A stretch of 64,000 bases of DNA from the IMG/VR virus record IMGVR_UViG_3300010354_000081, positions 1,465 through 65,464 of that record; one strand, 5' to 3'. The DNA is from a virus. Lineage: Duplodnaviria; Caudoviricetes. Below the pieces are notes generated by a model. That model did not search any database. It was not told where the DNA came from and worked only from the letters and a program-made list of their open reading frames with translations. Each line of letters starts with the position of its first letter. The first letter of the stretch is position 1. The translations under genes and the position numbers were made by a program. Shown piece by piece: positions 1 to 9,564 of this stretch.

Positions 1-340
1 GCAATCAGCAGACCACGTTCGTCCGTCCAAGCAGCGATTTGAATCACTGCGTTCTCAAGCGAGGTTTCGTTGAGATCGGTTGGAGTAGTTGGGATGTTGC
101 TGTTTACACCACCAGACACCAGCGGGTGCTCGTTCGAGAACAGTGGCTTGCCATCACCGCCCGGATAGGACGCCGAAAAACCGTTGTTCAGAACTGCTGC
201 TGCCTTCACCTGCTTGGTATACGACATGGCACGAGCCAGCGCCTTGGTATAACGAGCCGACAGGCTGTCATACAGGTTATCTTCGATGGCCTCTTCGGTC
301 AGCGAGAAACCCAGAGCGATGGTTTCGTGGTTGTATCGAG
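1..340. repeat. Terminal redundancy, imperfect copy of 63661-64000
   Basis: By-eye alignment: about 24 substitutions in 1-228, no indels, 229-340 identical. Confidence 0.97.
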
Positions 341-566
341 CGGTCCATGCTTCCTGCGCATTGTCATACGCAATTGCAGAACCTTCGTTTTTGACCGGGG
401 CTGCCGAAAAGCCGGACAGCTTGGTCTCTTCTTCGAACGAACGCTCGGAAGTCTCGGTTTCGTAGATTTCCTTGTGTTCTTCGCCGTAGCGAGCGTACTC
501 CAGACCAAACAACGCGTTCAGGCCGGGGAGTAGCTCTTTCAGTAGTTGTGCGCGTGAAATAGCCAT
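1..566 (-). CDS. Major capsid protein, Mu gpT-like family (5' part; continues at 63660 across the circular junction)
   Basis: Manual translation from ATG at 566: MAISRAQLLKELLPGLNALFGLEY...; the frame is open to base 1 and matches the ORF at the right end; full length about 301 aa; follows the scaffold and decoration genes. Confidence 0.9.
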   Translation of the reverse strand, partial: MAISRAQLLKELLPGLNALFGLEYARYGEEHKEIYETETSERSFEEETKLSGFSAAPVKNEGSAIAYDNAQEAWTARYNHETIALGFSLTEEAIEDNLYDSLSARYTKALARAMSYTKQVKAAAVLNNGFSASYPGGDGKPLFSNEHPLVSGGVNSNIPTTPTDLNETSLENAVIQIAAWTDERGLLI

Positions 567-576
567 GTTTTACTCC

Positions 577-1224
577 TTAAGCACCGGTAGCGTTGTAGTA
601 CGAGTGGAAGCCAAAGTTAAACTTGACAATCAACTCGGGGTACACAATGTTCCCGCTGGAAACATAGGATGTATCCGGCACCAGATCAACGATACGCATA
701 GCGTAGGTTTGGGTCGGGTTACCAGAATCCCAATAAACACCGATACGAGAATCACCGGAAACGGTGTCACCCGTGTTCAGAATGAGTTGGACGTTGTTGC
801 CCAAAACAGTCTGTTGCAGCGGGGTAACGGTAAGGCCGGTGCCGTCGATAACGGAGCCAACGGAAACAACCTTAAACAGTGCATCTGGATCGTCAAGGAT
901 GTACGCAAACGCATCAGTGACGCCTGAAGCAAACCCGGGCCAAAACTGGCTGTAGGTCGGCTGTTTAGTTGTAGGATTGGTGTAGCGGCAACCTAGAAAA
1001 ACGCCAACAACACCCGGGACGGCAGAAGTATCGGTGTCGAGCGTCGATTTAATGATCGTGCCGCTGGAGGTGATCTGGACAACATCGCCGTTATATAGCG
1101 GAGTGTTGTAGTTCACACTAGCAGTAGTGATCGCTAATTGACGGTTCGCACCAGCAAACACCTGCCCACCGATCAAATTGATCGGCTGCAAGCCATAAGG
1201 CTTGTCAATGGTAGGATAAGCCAT
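577..1224 (-). CDS. Putative capsid decoration/minor head protein
   Basis: 215 aa, beta-rich, immediately upstream of the capsid gene, AGGAG RBS. Confidence 0.6.
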   Translation of the reverse strand: MAYPTIDKPYGLQPINLIGGQVFAGANRQLAITTASVNYNTPLYNGDVVQITSSGTIIKSTLDTDTSAVPGVVGVFLGCRYTNPTTKQPTYSQFWPGFASGVTDAFAYILDDPDALFKVVSVGSVIDGTGLTVTPLQQTVLGNNVQLILNTGDTVSGDSRIGVYWDSGNPTQTYAMRIVDLVPDTSYVSSGNIVYPELIVKFNFGFHSYYNATGA

Positions 1225-1241
1225 GTAGAACTCCTAAGAAT

Positions 1242-1691
1242 TTAGTTACCTTTACCAAAACTATGCGAAGATTTTCTCTCCTTAAAGAGAGGCATCCTCG
1301 GATCGCTTTGACGCATCAAGTTATTGTCCACCGCTTCCGTCTGAGCTTGAGTTTGGTTCCGATAGTAATCAGAACGCTGATCGACAAATTCTTCAGGAGC
1401 CTTGCAGAGCAGTAACCCACCGATCTCAATATTGTCTTTGAAGCGACTATTGGGATCGATTAGCAGTTGGAATTTAGGTTGCTCTTCAATACGAACCGGT
1501 TCCCATCCCTCACGGAGTTTTGTCGAGAGGTTGCGGGGGTCCGCTTGACCAAGCATGGATACACGTATCCAGCGATAAGCATACCCAGCCTGATGATCAG
1601 GCTCAGGGAGAAGTTCGGGCGGCATCCACTGCTTAGGACGTTCGCTCATTTCTCGGGTTGCTAGTTCGCGTTGCAATTTATTTTCAGCCAT
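1242..1691 (-). CDS. Conserved head-module hypothetical protein
   Basis: Start MAENKLQ overlaps the scaffold gene stop; YRWIR...REGWEPV...IGGLLLCK motifs. Confidence 0.7.
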   Translation of the reverse strand: MAENKLQRELATREMSERPKQWMPPELLPEPDHQAGYAYRWIRVSMLGQADPRNLSTKLREGWEPVRIEEQPKFQLLIDPNSRFKDNIEIGGLLLCKAPEEFVDQRSDYYRNQTQAQTEAVDNNLMRQSDPRMPLFKERKSSHSFGKGN

Positions 1692-2679
1692 TTTGGGCCT
1701 CCAATTTTCTGAGTTCAAGGGCGTATTGTTCCGGGGTTAGTCCCAACTTCTTTGCTAGTGCAACTTGGCTCGATCTCAGCTTTATCTTGTTAGAAGCTGT
1801 GCTACGAACCGCTGGGGCTACCACTGTGCTCGGCTTTGTGCGAGCAGGCTCGGACCGCACCTTGTCCTCCGGCTCCTCAACATCAAAGTATTCAGGAAAC
1901 CGCTTGCGGATTGTTCTGTCCAACGCCGCGTAATATTCGTCCGATCCAATTACTACCTCGCCCGACTTTTTGAGTTTTTCGTGGACTCCCAAAGCCGTTG
2001 CGGTCATCTCATCATCTGCTCCGTACCAAGGGTTGCGGTTTTGCCACGCTTCCAACTTGGGGTTTAGAGGACGAGGGGCAGGTTGTTGGACCTGATCTGG
2101 TTGCGGTTGTACCGCATAATTTTCCTCTTGTAAAGTAGGCATCCTAAAGCTTTTGGCTTGCAACATTCTGTAGTTTGCAACCTGAAGCGCTTGTTGCGCC
2201 TCGACCAACTTGTCTGAATCCCCACTGTCGTAAGCTTCTTTGTACGCCCGCTTTGCCATCTCCATCTCAAGAGTGGCGGCATTGTTAAGAACAGCGGCGT
2301 ATTCTTTACCGCCGGTATCAAGAATGGTCTTGATCCGTCGGTTCTCTTCCATTAACTGTTTGGCAAGAGCAATAGCTTCCTGCTGCTCTCTGTACGCGGC
2401 CTCTTTATCGCGGCGCTCGTCGTGCCAAACCTTCTTCATCTGCTTGAGCTTCTCCTTGACCGCATCGTCGTACGAGTCAAGTTCATCCTTCTCAAGCTCT
2501 TCTTTTAGATTCTGAGGTAGCGGCTGTCTGCCCCGGTCTTGCGGCGGGGTATCGTCTTCAATCTCGACCTCAAAACCCTCCGGTTTCTCATCTTGCTGCA
2601 TGGAAACACTGAGTTCCTCCTTACCGCTCTGAGGCTTCTCATCGGGAAACTGGAAATCTTCTTTCTCAAATTCAGGCAT
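1684..2679 (-). CDS. Putative capsid scaffolding protein
   Basis: Acidic N-terminus, coiled coil, C-terminal AKKLGLTPEQYA helix; lies between portal and capsid genes. Confidence 0.7.
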   Translation of the reverse strand: MPEFEKEDFQFPDEKPQSGKEELSVSMQQDEKPEGFEVEIEDDTPPQDRGRQPLPQNLKEELEKDELDSYDDAVKEKLKQMKKVWHDERRDKEAAYREQQEAIALAKQLMEENRRIKTILDTGGKEYAAVLNNAATLEMEMAKRAYKEAYDSGDSDKLVEAQQALQVANYRMLQAKSFRMPTLQEENYAVQPQPDQVQQPAPRPLNPKLEAWQNRNPWYGADDEMTATALGVHEKLKKSGEVVIGSDEYYAALDRTIRKRFPEYFDVEEPEDKVRSEPARTKPSTVVAPAVRSTASNKIKLRSSQVALAKKLGLTPEQYALELRKLEAQNG

Positions 2680-2691
2680 CTCGTCCTCCTG

Positions 2692-3111
2692 TTATTTACG
2701 GCGAATACCGCGTGGGTCTTCAACTACTCCTTCTACGGAGTCGTCGTTAATCATCCTAAATTCACGTCCGTGAATTACCAGCCGGGAACCAGCGTTTGGA
2801 CGCACCAAAACAAAATCTCCCGTCTTGCACCAAGGTCCTGTAGGGAATCTGTTAGTATCTTTGTAACAATCTGGACCCATATCAACTACAAACAAAACAG
2901 TGGTTAACAACTCCTCGTAGTGAAGGGTTGTATCTGCTTTGATAATTCCATTGTCAAACTCTTTCTCGATCTCAGGTATCGCACACAGGATTCTGTATCC
3001 CGAGGGTTTAGGGAGTTGTGTCGCCTTCTCCGCATCTGTAGCGTCAATACGGTACGCCCCCACAACCTGCGGGTTACTGGCGTCTGTAGCCAGCAAAATT
3101 GAATCAGTCAT
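2692..3111 (-). CDS. groES: Co-chaperonin GroES-like protein
   Basis: P.GYRIL...GII....VVDMGPD..K.GD.V....G......G.EFRMINDDSVEGVV, typical Cpn10 pattern. Confidence 0.8.
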   Translation of the reverse strand: MTDSILLATDASNPQVVGAYRIDATDAEKATQLPKPSGYRILCAIPEIEKEFDNGIIKADTTLHYEELLTTVLFVVDMGPDCYKDTNRFPTGPWCKTGDFVLVRPNAGSRLVIHGREFRMINDDSVEGVVEDPRGIRRK

Positions 3112-3292
3112 CTGAATCCTCCAAGTTTTTCTTAAGGTCTAATGTGTAGCCTCTTGCAATGAGCAGACCCCGAATCTCACCACAAACTGATTTGTACTCC
3201 TCAAAGCTAGTCGCTCGACCGGCTGCCAAGTGCTCTTTGAGCTGAGTAATTTTCTCGTCCGTCTGTTGGACAAGTAGTTCTAAAGCATCCAT
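3104..3292 (-). CDS. Small conserved protein between portal and GroES
   Basis: 62 aa, EEYK..CGEIRGL motif, translationally coupled on both sides. Confidence 0.7.
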   Translation of the reverse strand: MDALELLVQQTDEKITQLKEHLAAGRATSFEEYKSVCGEIRGLLIARGYTLDLKKNLEDSDD

Positions 3293-5817
3293 TACTTACC
3301 TTTCGTCGGTTTAGGTGTATTGCGCTGCATCTCCTGTTGATGCTTTTGCGAAGAAATCTGCTTAAGCATGTCCACACCCATCTTGACGGCTTCTTTCTCA
3401 CGAGTGCCTCGTGACTCAACCGCCATACGCAACGCCTCGGCTTTGCGATTTGCCTCCATCTTCTCCCGCTCAAGCTGTGTCTGTGCAGCGATCCGTGCAG
3501 CCTCAATCTGTTGCTGCTGCTCTTTGAGCTTGATGTCAGCCATATCTTTGGTTTGCTTGCGCTGCTGCTCAGCCTGCTTCAACTGCAACTCTTGCATCTG
3601 CATCTGGACTAGTGGGTCTTGTGCTTGCTGCTGAGCCTGCTGCTGAGCCACCTGCGCAGAGTTCTGCTGGAACAGTTGTTGTGCTGCTTGCGCCAGCATC
3701 GGTGCCAACCGTGCTTCAACTTCTGGCTCCATACCCTTCTCTTCACCAGTCTCATCCTTCTGAGGCGGTAAGTTAAAGCCAAGCTGTAGCTCGATCTGCT
3801 TGCGGTACTCCATACCAAGATGCTCATTGATATGCGCCATCATTGCTGCTTGCATCTGCTGCGCCATCGGGTTGTTCTGCAACAACTGACCAATCATCGG
3901 GTCCTGCATCGCTGTCATGTGCACGGTGATGTGAGCGCGATGATCTTGATAGCTAAATGCTTTGACAGGTTTACCCATCAAGACGTTCTGGTTCTCCGTC
4001 ACTGGATCAGTTGGCTTCTGGTCCTCATCCATCGGGACTAGCTTCTGCGCATCTTTAATACCCAACACGTCTAACATCTGGCGATGTAGTAGTGGCATGT
4101 TGTACAGGGTAGGTGCAGACTGCGCTAACTGAAGCACTGCTTGATACTGGATAATCTTCTGCGCCATAGTGCTGGCGTTGGGGTCAGACACCGGTATCAC
4201 GTCCACGTTGTCGTAGTCGCTACGCTTAGCGCGACGTGGGCCTTCTTCTGGCTCGTAGTTGTACTCGTCAGGCGTGTATGCAGCAATAATCTCTTTTAGC
4301 AGACCCAGTTCCTGCTTCATGCTGTAGTGCACGCGAGCCTGAACTGCTGACATTGTTTTTAGTGTGCGCTCTAAAATTGCCAGCGTGGTGCCTACAGGAG
4401 CTTGCGCCGACATGTCACTGATCTGGAGATCAGCCGTGTTAGCAAATCTGCGACCTTCCTCAATAATAGTTTGGAAGAGTTGGTACAAAGTCTGACTTGG
4501 CTCTTTGTATGGCAGTGGCAACAGGTTGTCTTTAATAGAGCCACTCGGCACATCGACATCACGGAACTCCCCCGGAGCGATAGGTGTGTCGTCGCCCTTA
4601 ACTCGCAAGCCTCGTGCTTTAAAGCCACCCGGCAAGTTAGCCAGCGTACCTGCGTCAACCAACTGACGAATTAGTGACGTGCCTGATTTAGCAAACGCAC
4701 CAACTAAGTGGATCAGACCAAAATAATAGAAGCCAAAGCCCGGCACGTAGCCGTAGTGTACGAAGTGCTGACGCTTCTGATGTGTGTCGTCATCTGGCTC
4801 CCAGTTGCGACGAATAGCTAAAATTTGCGAAGAGCCTTTCTCAATCGTCACAACATACGGCAGTGCAATACCGGTGATGTTCCCGTCTTTGTCTTTGTGC
4901 TCGAAGCCTTCTAAATCCAGCTCGACGTGCATCTCAAGAATCTTATAGCGATGATCAGTCGTTGCTCTAAAGCCCAGCTTCTCGGCGATCTTCTTCTCAA
5001 CCTCATCTAAGATATTGTTCGGCTCACCGAGGTCTACATCACGATAAAAGCCTGCGTGCTGCAAGCGAGTCAACTCATTCTCAGTCTTACGCATCACATG
5101 CGTTACACGCTCTGCTGACTCCAAATCACTCGCGCCATACGGCACCACGATATCTTCTGCGGGCACATACATCGACACCTGCCGCTCGATATGCGGGTCG
5201 TAATAAATCTTTTTAAACGCATTACCCGCCAGACCCAAGCCCCACAGCATGCGCTCATGCTCAGGGCGGTACTCTTTCATCACGTCCATCAACTGGTAGT
5301 TCATATCAGCCTGCACGCGCTGCGCTGCGTCTTTCTTCTCAGGCGTCTCTTTACCAATGATCTGTGTCTTAACCGGACCACTTGCAGGGAATGTAGAGAG
5401 CATGGTCTCAGACTGAAACTTCACCAGTGCTTCAGACAGCAGTGGGTGATACACACCACACGCACCTTCCCACGGCTCGGCCCGCTCTTCTAACTTCATA
5501 CCCAAAAGCTCAAGGCCATCTACGTAAGTCTGTATCCAATCTTTGCGACTGGCGATGTCCTCGTCATAGTCACCAATTAACTCAGAGGCAAGTGACGCTA
5601 ACTCTTTGTCGTCGATATGCTCAGCAAGGTTAGCGTTGAAATCCTCTTCATCTTCTTTGCGTGGCTCAATCTCAATCTCAAGCCCGTCCATACCAATCGT
5701 TACCGACTCAGGGTCCTCGATCTCAATCTCGATGTCAGGTTGAATGGATTGCGCAATGGCGAGATCGTCCTCAGTCAAACCTTGCGGCGCTTGGTTTAGT
5801 GCCTTATCAATAGCCAT
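3292..5817 (-). CDS. Portal protein (P22-like)
   Basis: 841 aa following TerL; PWEGACGVYHPLL, GFGFYYFGLIH motifs; Q-rich C-terminal coiled-coil barrel. Confidence 0.88.
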   Translation of the reverse strand: MAIDKALNQAPQGLTEDDLAIAQSIQPDIEIEIEDPESVTIGMDGLEIEIEPRKEDEEDFNANLAEHIDDKELASLASELIGDYDEDIASRKDWIQTYVDGLELLGMKLEERAEPWEGACGVYHPLLSEALVKFQSETMLSTFPASGPVKTQIIGKETPEKKDAAQRVQADMNYQLMDVMKEYRPEHERMLWGLGLAGNAFKKIYYDPHIERQVSMYVPAEDIVVPYGASDLESAERVTHVMRKTENELTRLQHAGFYRDVDLGEPNNILDEVEKKIAEKLGFRATTDHRYKILEMHVELDLEGFEHKDKDGNITGIALPYVVTIEKGSSQILAIRRNWEPDDDTHQKRQHFVHYGYVPGFGFYYFGLIHLVGAFAKSGTSLIRQLVDAGTLANLPGGFKARGLRVKGDDTPIAPGEFRDVDVPSGSIKDNLLPLPYKEPSQTLYQLFQTIIEEGRRFANTADLQISDMSAQAPVGTTLAILERTLKTMSAVQARVHYSMKQELGLLKEIIAAYTPDEYNYEPEEGPRRAKRSDYDNVDVIPVSDPNASTMAQKIIQYQAVLQLAQSAPTLYNMPLLHRQMLDVLGIKDAQKLVPMDEDQKPTDPVTENQNVLMGKPVKAFSYQDHRAHITVHMTAMQDPMIGQLLQNNPMAQQMQAAMMAHINEHLGMEYRKQIELQLGFNLPPQKDETGEEKGMEPEVEARLAPMLAQAAQQLFQQNSAQVAQQQAQQQAQDPLVQMQMQELQLKQAEQQRKQTKDMADIKLKEQQQQIEAARIAAQTQLEREKMEANRKAEALRMAVESRGTREKEAVKMGVDMLKQISSQKHQQEMQRNTPKPTKGK

Positions 5818-5826
5818 GATTAGTCC

Positions 5827-7341
5827 TTAGTAGTACGGCTGATTGCGCCGCCTGAAAAATTGTTGTTCCTCATCCTCATCCAAGAGGGTGCGTATATACC
5901 CACCACGCCTAAACCGCATCAATGCCAAAGACACCGAGTCAACGTAGTCGTCGTGCTCCCCCGCAGGGAAGCTTGCTACCTCATCAATTACTTCCTCAGC
6001 CCACTGTGTATTGGGTGCCCACACGCGGCCTGACGCGAACAGGTCAGAGACCGAGTTAAGTCTTGAAATTTTATCGTTACCCCTGACAGGCGTGTACTCC
6101 TGCACAGGTATGCCCATTGCTCTCATCTCGTAGATGAGGGGGGCACCTGACGCCTTTTTCTCCACAATGATGGAGTCCGGGTCCCACTCTCTGTACTCCT
6201 CAACGGCCTTCTTTTTGAGGGACGGGAACTCAAGTCGATCCCTAAAAGCGTTAAGAAGAATAATGTTGGCCTGTTTGACGCCGGTATCATCATCCATATA
6301 AAAGACGCCCCACGTCGTACAGGCACTATAGTCAGCGCGATTCGTTTTTTCGAACGCAGTATCCCAAGCTTGGAGGACAAAATCGCAGTGCGGCGGGTGC
6401 TCATCCTCCCACATCTGCCACCACTCCCGTTTAACAATAGCCGAGGACTCAGAAGTGGGGTTCTGCTGGTACTGAGCCATCCATTTAGAGTTGGGAAGTT
6501 CATTTTTGAGCGCCTCTAGTTCTTTTTTAGACCAAAACTGGGGCCAAAGCGGTTCTCCAGACTCAAAAAGCGCGGGAAATTCAATAACTTCCCAGTCTTC
6601 TCCGCTTCTTTGGATAGCTGACTTCAAAACTTGACCCGTTAAGTCCTTTTTAGACCACCGAGTCATCACAATCACAATCGCACCGCCCGGTTGCAGACGC
6701 TGACGAGGGCCAGATGTGTACCACTCGTAGGTTTTATCGTAGATTTCGGGGTTCACTTCGGCGAGTGCAGCCTCTTGTTCCGAGTGAGGGTCGTCAATGA
6801 TGAGTAGATCAGCGCCTTTACCGGTAACAGCACCACCGACACCAATAGCAAAGTACTCACCAGCGTAATTTGTAGCCCAACGCCCAGCGGCTTTCGAGTC
6901 TGCTTGTAGCGCAACATCGGGAAACAAGTCCTTATAACGGTCTGAATCGACTAAGTTACGCACTTTCCGACCAAAACCCACCGCAAGTTCTGCCGTGTGG
7001 GATGTTTGAATCACTTTTTTGGAAGGAAACTTGCCCAGAAACCAGCTTGGCAACAGATATGACGCGAATTCGGACTTGGTGTGCCGTGGTGGCATGTTAA
7101 TGATGAGTCGTTTGGTCTTGCCCTCAGCCACCCGCTCAAACGCTCGTGCCATTTTCTCGTGGTGTTTGCCATGAATGAAGTTAGGCCAGACATATTTGAC
7201 GTACTCCATAAAGTTACTTTTAGCGACATCTTGCGCTTTGGCACGACGGGCTTCGGCAATTAGGGCACCTACCTTCTGTTGGACAGGGGCTGGTAGGTTG
7301 GGTAACGCCGCTTGAGCTTTACGAAGAAGTTCCGGGTTCAT
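5827..7341 (-). CDS. terL: Terminase large subunit
   Basis: INMPPRHTKS Walker A variant, LLIIDDPH Walker B, WDTA and HDDYVD nuclease motifs. Confidence 0.95.
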   Translation of the reverse strand: MNPELLRKAQAALPNLPAPVQQKVGALIAEARRAKAQDVAKSNFMEYVKYVWPNFIHGKHHEKMARAFERVAEGKTKRLIINMPPRHTKSEFASYLLPSWFLGKFPSKKVIQTSHTAELAVGFGRKVRNLVDSDRYKDLFPDVALQADSKAAGRWATNYAGEYFAIGVGGAVTGKGADLLIIDDPHSEQEAALAEVNPEIYDKTYEWYTSGPRQRLQPGGAIVIVMTRWSKKDLTGQVLKSAIQRSGEDWEVIEFPALFESGEPLWPQFWSKKELEALKNELPNSKWMAQYQQNPTSESSAIVKREWWQMWEDEHPPHCDFVLQAWDTAFEKTNRADYSACTTWGVFYMDDDTGVKQANIILLNAFRDRLEFPSLKKKAVEEYREWDPDSIIVEKKASGAPLIYEMRAMGIPVQEYTPVRGNDKISRLNSVSDLFASGRVWAPNTQWAEEVIDEVASFPAGEHDDYVDSVSLALMRFRRGGYIRTLLDEDEEQQFFRRRNQPYY

Positions 7342-7915
7342 CTATATCCCCCGCCCCACCAAGTTCTTCCTCGACATCGATGTCGGCAATGCTCTTGGGG
7401 GTCTCTTCCGTATACGCCACTTCAGTAGCGCCGCCATATAACTCTAAAGTCTTGAGCAAGTCTGTCTCAATATCTTGCACCGTGCGATGCGTAATGTTGA
7501 TATCTATGCGCTCAGAGAACAATCCAACACCTGCAATCCTTCCTAAGTTTTCCAGTGCCTTCATGCGCTGGCGAGGATCAGGGTCAACGGACTCAACAAT
7601 CAATTTGTTGGTCACATAATTTCTAAGGCGGCGGGATACGTCCAAGACCTCCTGATCCCACTCATTAAGGATGGCTTCGAGGTTTAGGATCGTACCCGGC
7701 GTTACGTGTTTTGCGGCTGGGATTTTTTGGGCAGCGAATATCGCATGTGAACTTGCTTTGTCCTCGGGGGTAATTTCTACCTTTGCCCCTTGGCTTATAA
7801 GTTCCTGAACTGTTTCGAACAAGGCGTGCGCCTTCTGACGAAAGTCGTCGATTTCCTCCGGTGTGGTGTCGAAGGGAAGTGGAATTCCCACTTCAGGCGT
7901 TGCGAGTATAGGCAT
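7319..7915 (-). CDS. terS: Putative terminase small subunit
   Basis: Overlaps the terL start; helical; RMKALENLGRIAGVGLFSERIDI C-terminal motif. Confidence 0.7.
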   Translation of the reverse strand: MPILATPEVGIPLPFDTTPEEIDDFRQKAHALFETVQELISQGAKVEITPEDKASSHAIFAAQKIPAAKHVTPGTILNLEAILNEWDQEVLDVSRRLRNYVTNKLIVESVDPDPRQRMKALENLGRIAGVGLFSERIDINITHRTVQDIETDLLKTLELYGGATEVAYTEETPKSIADIDVEEELGGAGDIDEPGTSS

Positions 7916-7950
7916 GTGTTCCGTAGCGTTTGTGGCCCAGATTGTCCGCG

Positions 7951-7979
7951 AAGATAAACACCTTGTGTAAAGTTGTCAA
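7951..7979 (-). promoter_or_regulatory. sigma70-like promoter for the packaging/head operon
   Basis: TTGACA-17bp-TATCTT on the - strand, 36 bp upstream of terS. Confidence 0.65.
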
Positions 7980-8353
7980 TATATATCCCCGGTGGGGTTG
8001 CAGGGGACCCAAAAAGACAAGGGGGGTGTTTTGCTATTTTGCTACTTAATTTAGCTACGCAAATTTTGAGGGGGGTGGGGGTCGCCTCGCCTATCCTTGA
8101 CGCCTTGTTGTTAACTTAACAAGTTACGACCCCCTGACTTAGTGTAACCGTTTTGGGATTTTGTGATTGGTTGTGCAAATTACTAAGGCAAGGCATGCGA
8201 TGGTACCAAGCTGACAGATTGGGGGGTGGGGTGTCGTATTAACACCTGTTAACAAATTGATGGGCGTACCCCTCAGAAAATGCTTTGAATTTTAGAATAG
8301 TTTGGTATCCTACAAGTGCAGTACACATTATCAATAACCGAATGGAGTTAACC

Positions 8354-8863
8354 ATGAATTACCAAGCGATGACCAAAGCCGTTACCGATGCAATCAAGGG
8401 CGAGATTAACACTGTTAATAAATGGAAAACCGCAGGTGCGCAGGTATGCGAATTCTTTGGAACCGAAACGGCGCTCAACGAAGTTAAGGCGCAATTCATT
8501 GCGGACGCGATTATTCCCGCATTGAAACCGGCGCATCAAAAGGCTTTGGGGATGGAATTAGCGCGCAAGGGCAGCAAAGAATATAACGCATTAGACGACG
8601 AGCAGAAAGATATCTGGTATGCGTTTAATCAGGCCAAAAAGGACGCGAGGTCTACCGCGCATACTATGTTCTCGCGTGTTGTTAGCTATGCTTTCCCGAA
8701 GGAAAAGACCGAGACCGAGACCGAGACCAAATCGACGAAAACCAAAATTGTCAATTTGATCAATGACGCAATCGGCAAAGCGGAAAAAGATACCGCTCCG
8801 GACTATGATGCGGTTTTGTTAATCCAGCAACTTCGCGCAGCACTGGCAACTGCCAGCAAGTAA
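8354..8863 (+). CDS. First early gene, hypothetical helical protein
   Basis: GGAG RBS before ATG 8354; followed by its own terminator. Confidence 0.8.
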   Translation: MNYQAMTKAVTDAIKGEINTVNKWKTAGAQVCEFFGTETALNEVKAQFIADAIIPALKPAHQKALGMELARKGSKEYNALDDEQKDIWYAFNQAKKDARSTAHTMFSRVVSYAFPKEKTETETETKSTKTKIVNLINDAIGKAEKDTAPDYDAVLLIQQLRAALATASK

Positions 8864-8879
8864 TTTGCCCCACTTGGCA

Positions 8880-8904
8880 GCCCCGACTTCGGTCGGGGTT
8901 TTTT
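8880..8904 (+). terminator. Rho-independent terminator
   Basis: CCCCGAC-TTCG-GTCGGGG followed by TTTTTT. Confidence 0.9.
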
Positions 8905-9020
8905 GTTGCCTGTGATTTCCGATCCTTTTGATGATAGTAGCTACCCTGAGAGGCTTGGTGGTGATGATGCAGCAGCTCAATTTATTAACAGGTGTTAATG
9001 CAATATGTTGCATGAAGCTT

Positions 9021-9333
9021 TGTTCCGCGTTGTTCCGCGTTGTTCCAGTCGCTGGAACAGGCAAAACCGTTGGTACGCCTACGTTTTGGGGGTTTTTTAT
9101 GTGTTTGTTCCGTTGTTCCACATATATACCCCCCCTACCCAAACCTGAGATTGCACTTTACAATGTAAACCAATCCTGCTTTGTAAAGTTCGGGAGCCTT
9201 GCGGCAGGTGTGTAATAACCGGAACACTGGAACAAGACCGACAAATATTCGCCCAACACATTGATTTCAAAGGACATTCATGCGTATAAATAACCGGAAC
9301 AAACCCGCCAAAAACGGAACAGAACTCGGAACA
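9021..9333. other. Putative replication origin (inverted iteron array)
   Basis: TGTTCC at 9021, 9031, 9041, 9106, 9114; GGAACA at 9054, 9221, 9229, 9296, 9316, 9328; central 9-bp inverted repeat 9155-9163/9181-9189. Confidence 0.6.
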
Positions 9334-9342
9334 ACCCAACAC

Positions 9343-9564
9343 GTGAAAACAAACACGATTTTTTGTTGCTCATGCAGCTCATGTGGCGCAGATATTGAGC
9401 CACCAGAACGTCGTCGTATAACTTCTTTATGTAAGGAGTGTGGTGAGGTAGAGGCAAGGAAGGTGCGCCACTGCATTGTTCCGATGCACAAAAGCAACTA
9501 CGTAGTCGTAACTGACCGCGATTTATTAACAGGTGTTAATCAGAAGGGAGGGCTAGTGAAATGA
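9343..9564 (+). CDS. Small Zn-finger protein
   Basis: CSSC...CKEC pairs and PMHKSNY motif; start uncertain (GTG 9343). Confidence 0.6.
   Translation: MKTNTIFCCSCSSCGADIEPPERRRITSLCKECGEVEARKVRHCIVPMHKSNYVVVTDRDLLTGVNQKGGLVK

Noticed and set aside
1-340. Terminal near-duplicate as a DGR template/variable repeat pair
   Set aside because: Substitutions involve all bases, many are synonymous, and no reverse transcriptase gene is present
39-533. + strand 164-aa ORF and the many other antisense ORFs in the track
   Set aside because: Shadows of well-supported genes on the opposite strand (here the capsid gene)
8928-9342. ORFs 8928-9215 (+), 8819-9142 (-) and 9097-9342 (-)
   Set aside because: No RBS or protein-like composition; they cross the iteron array and are likely spurious
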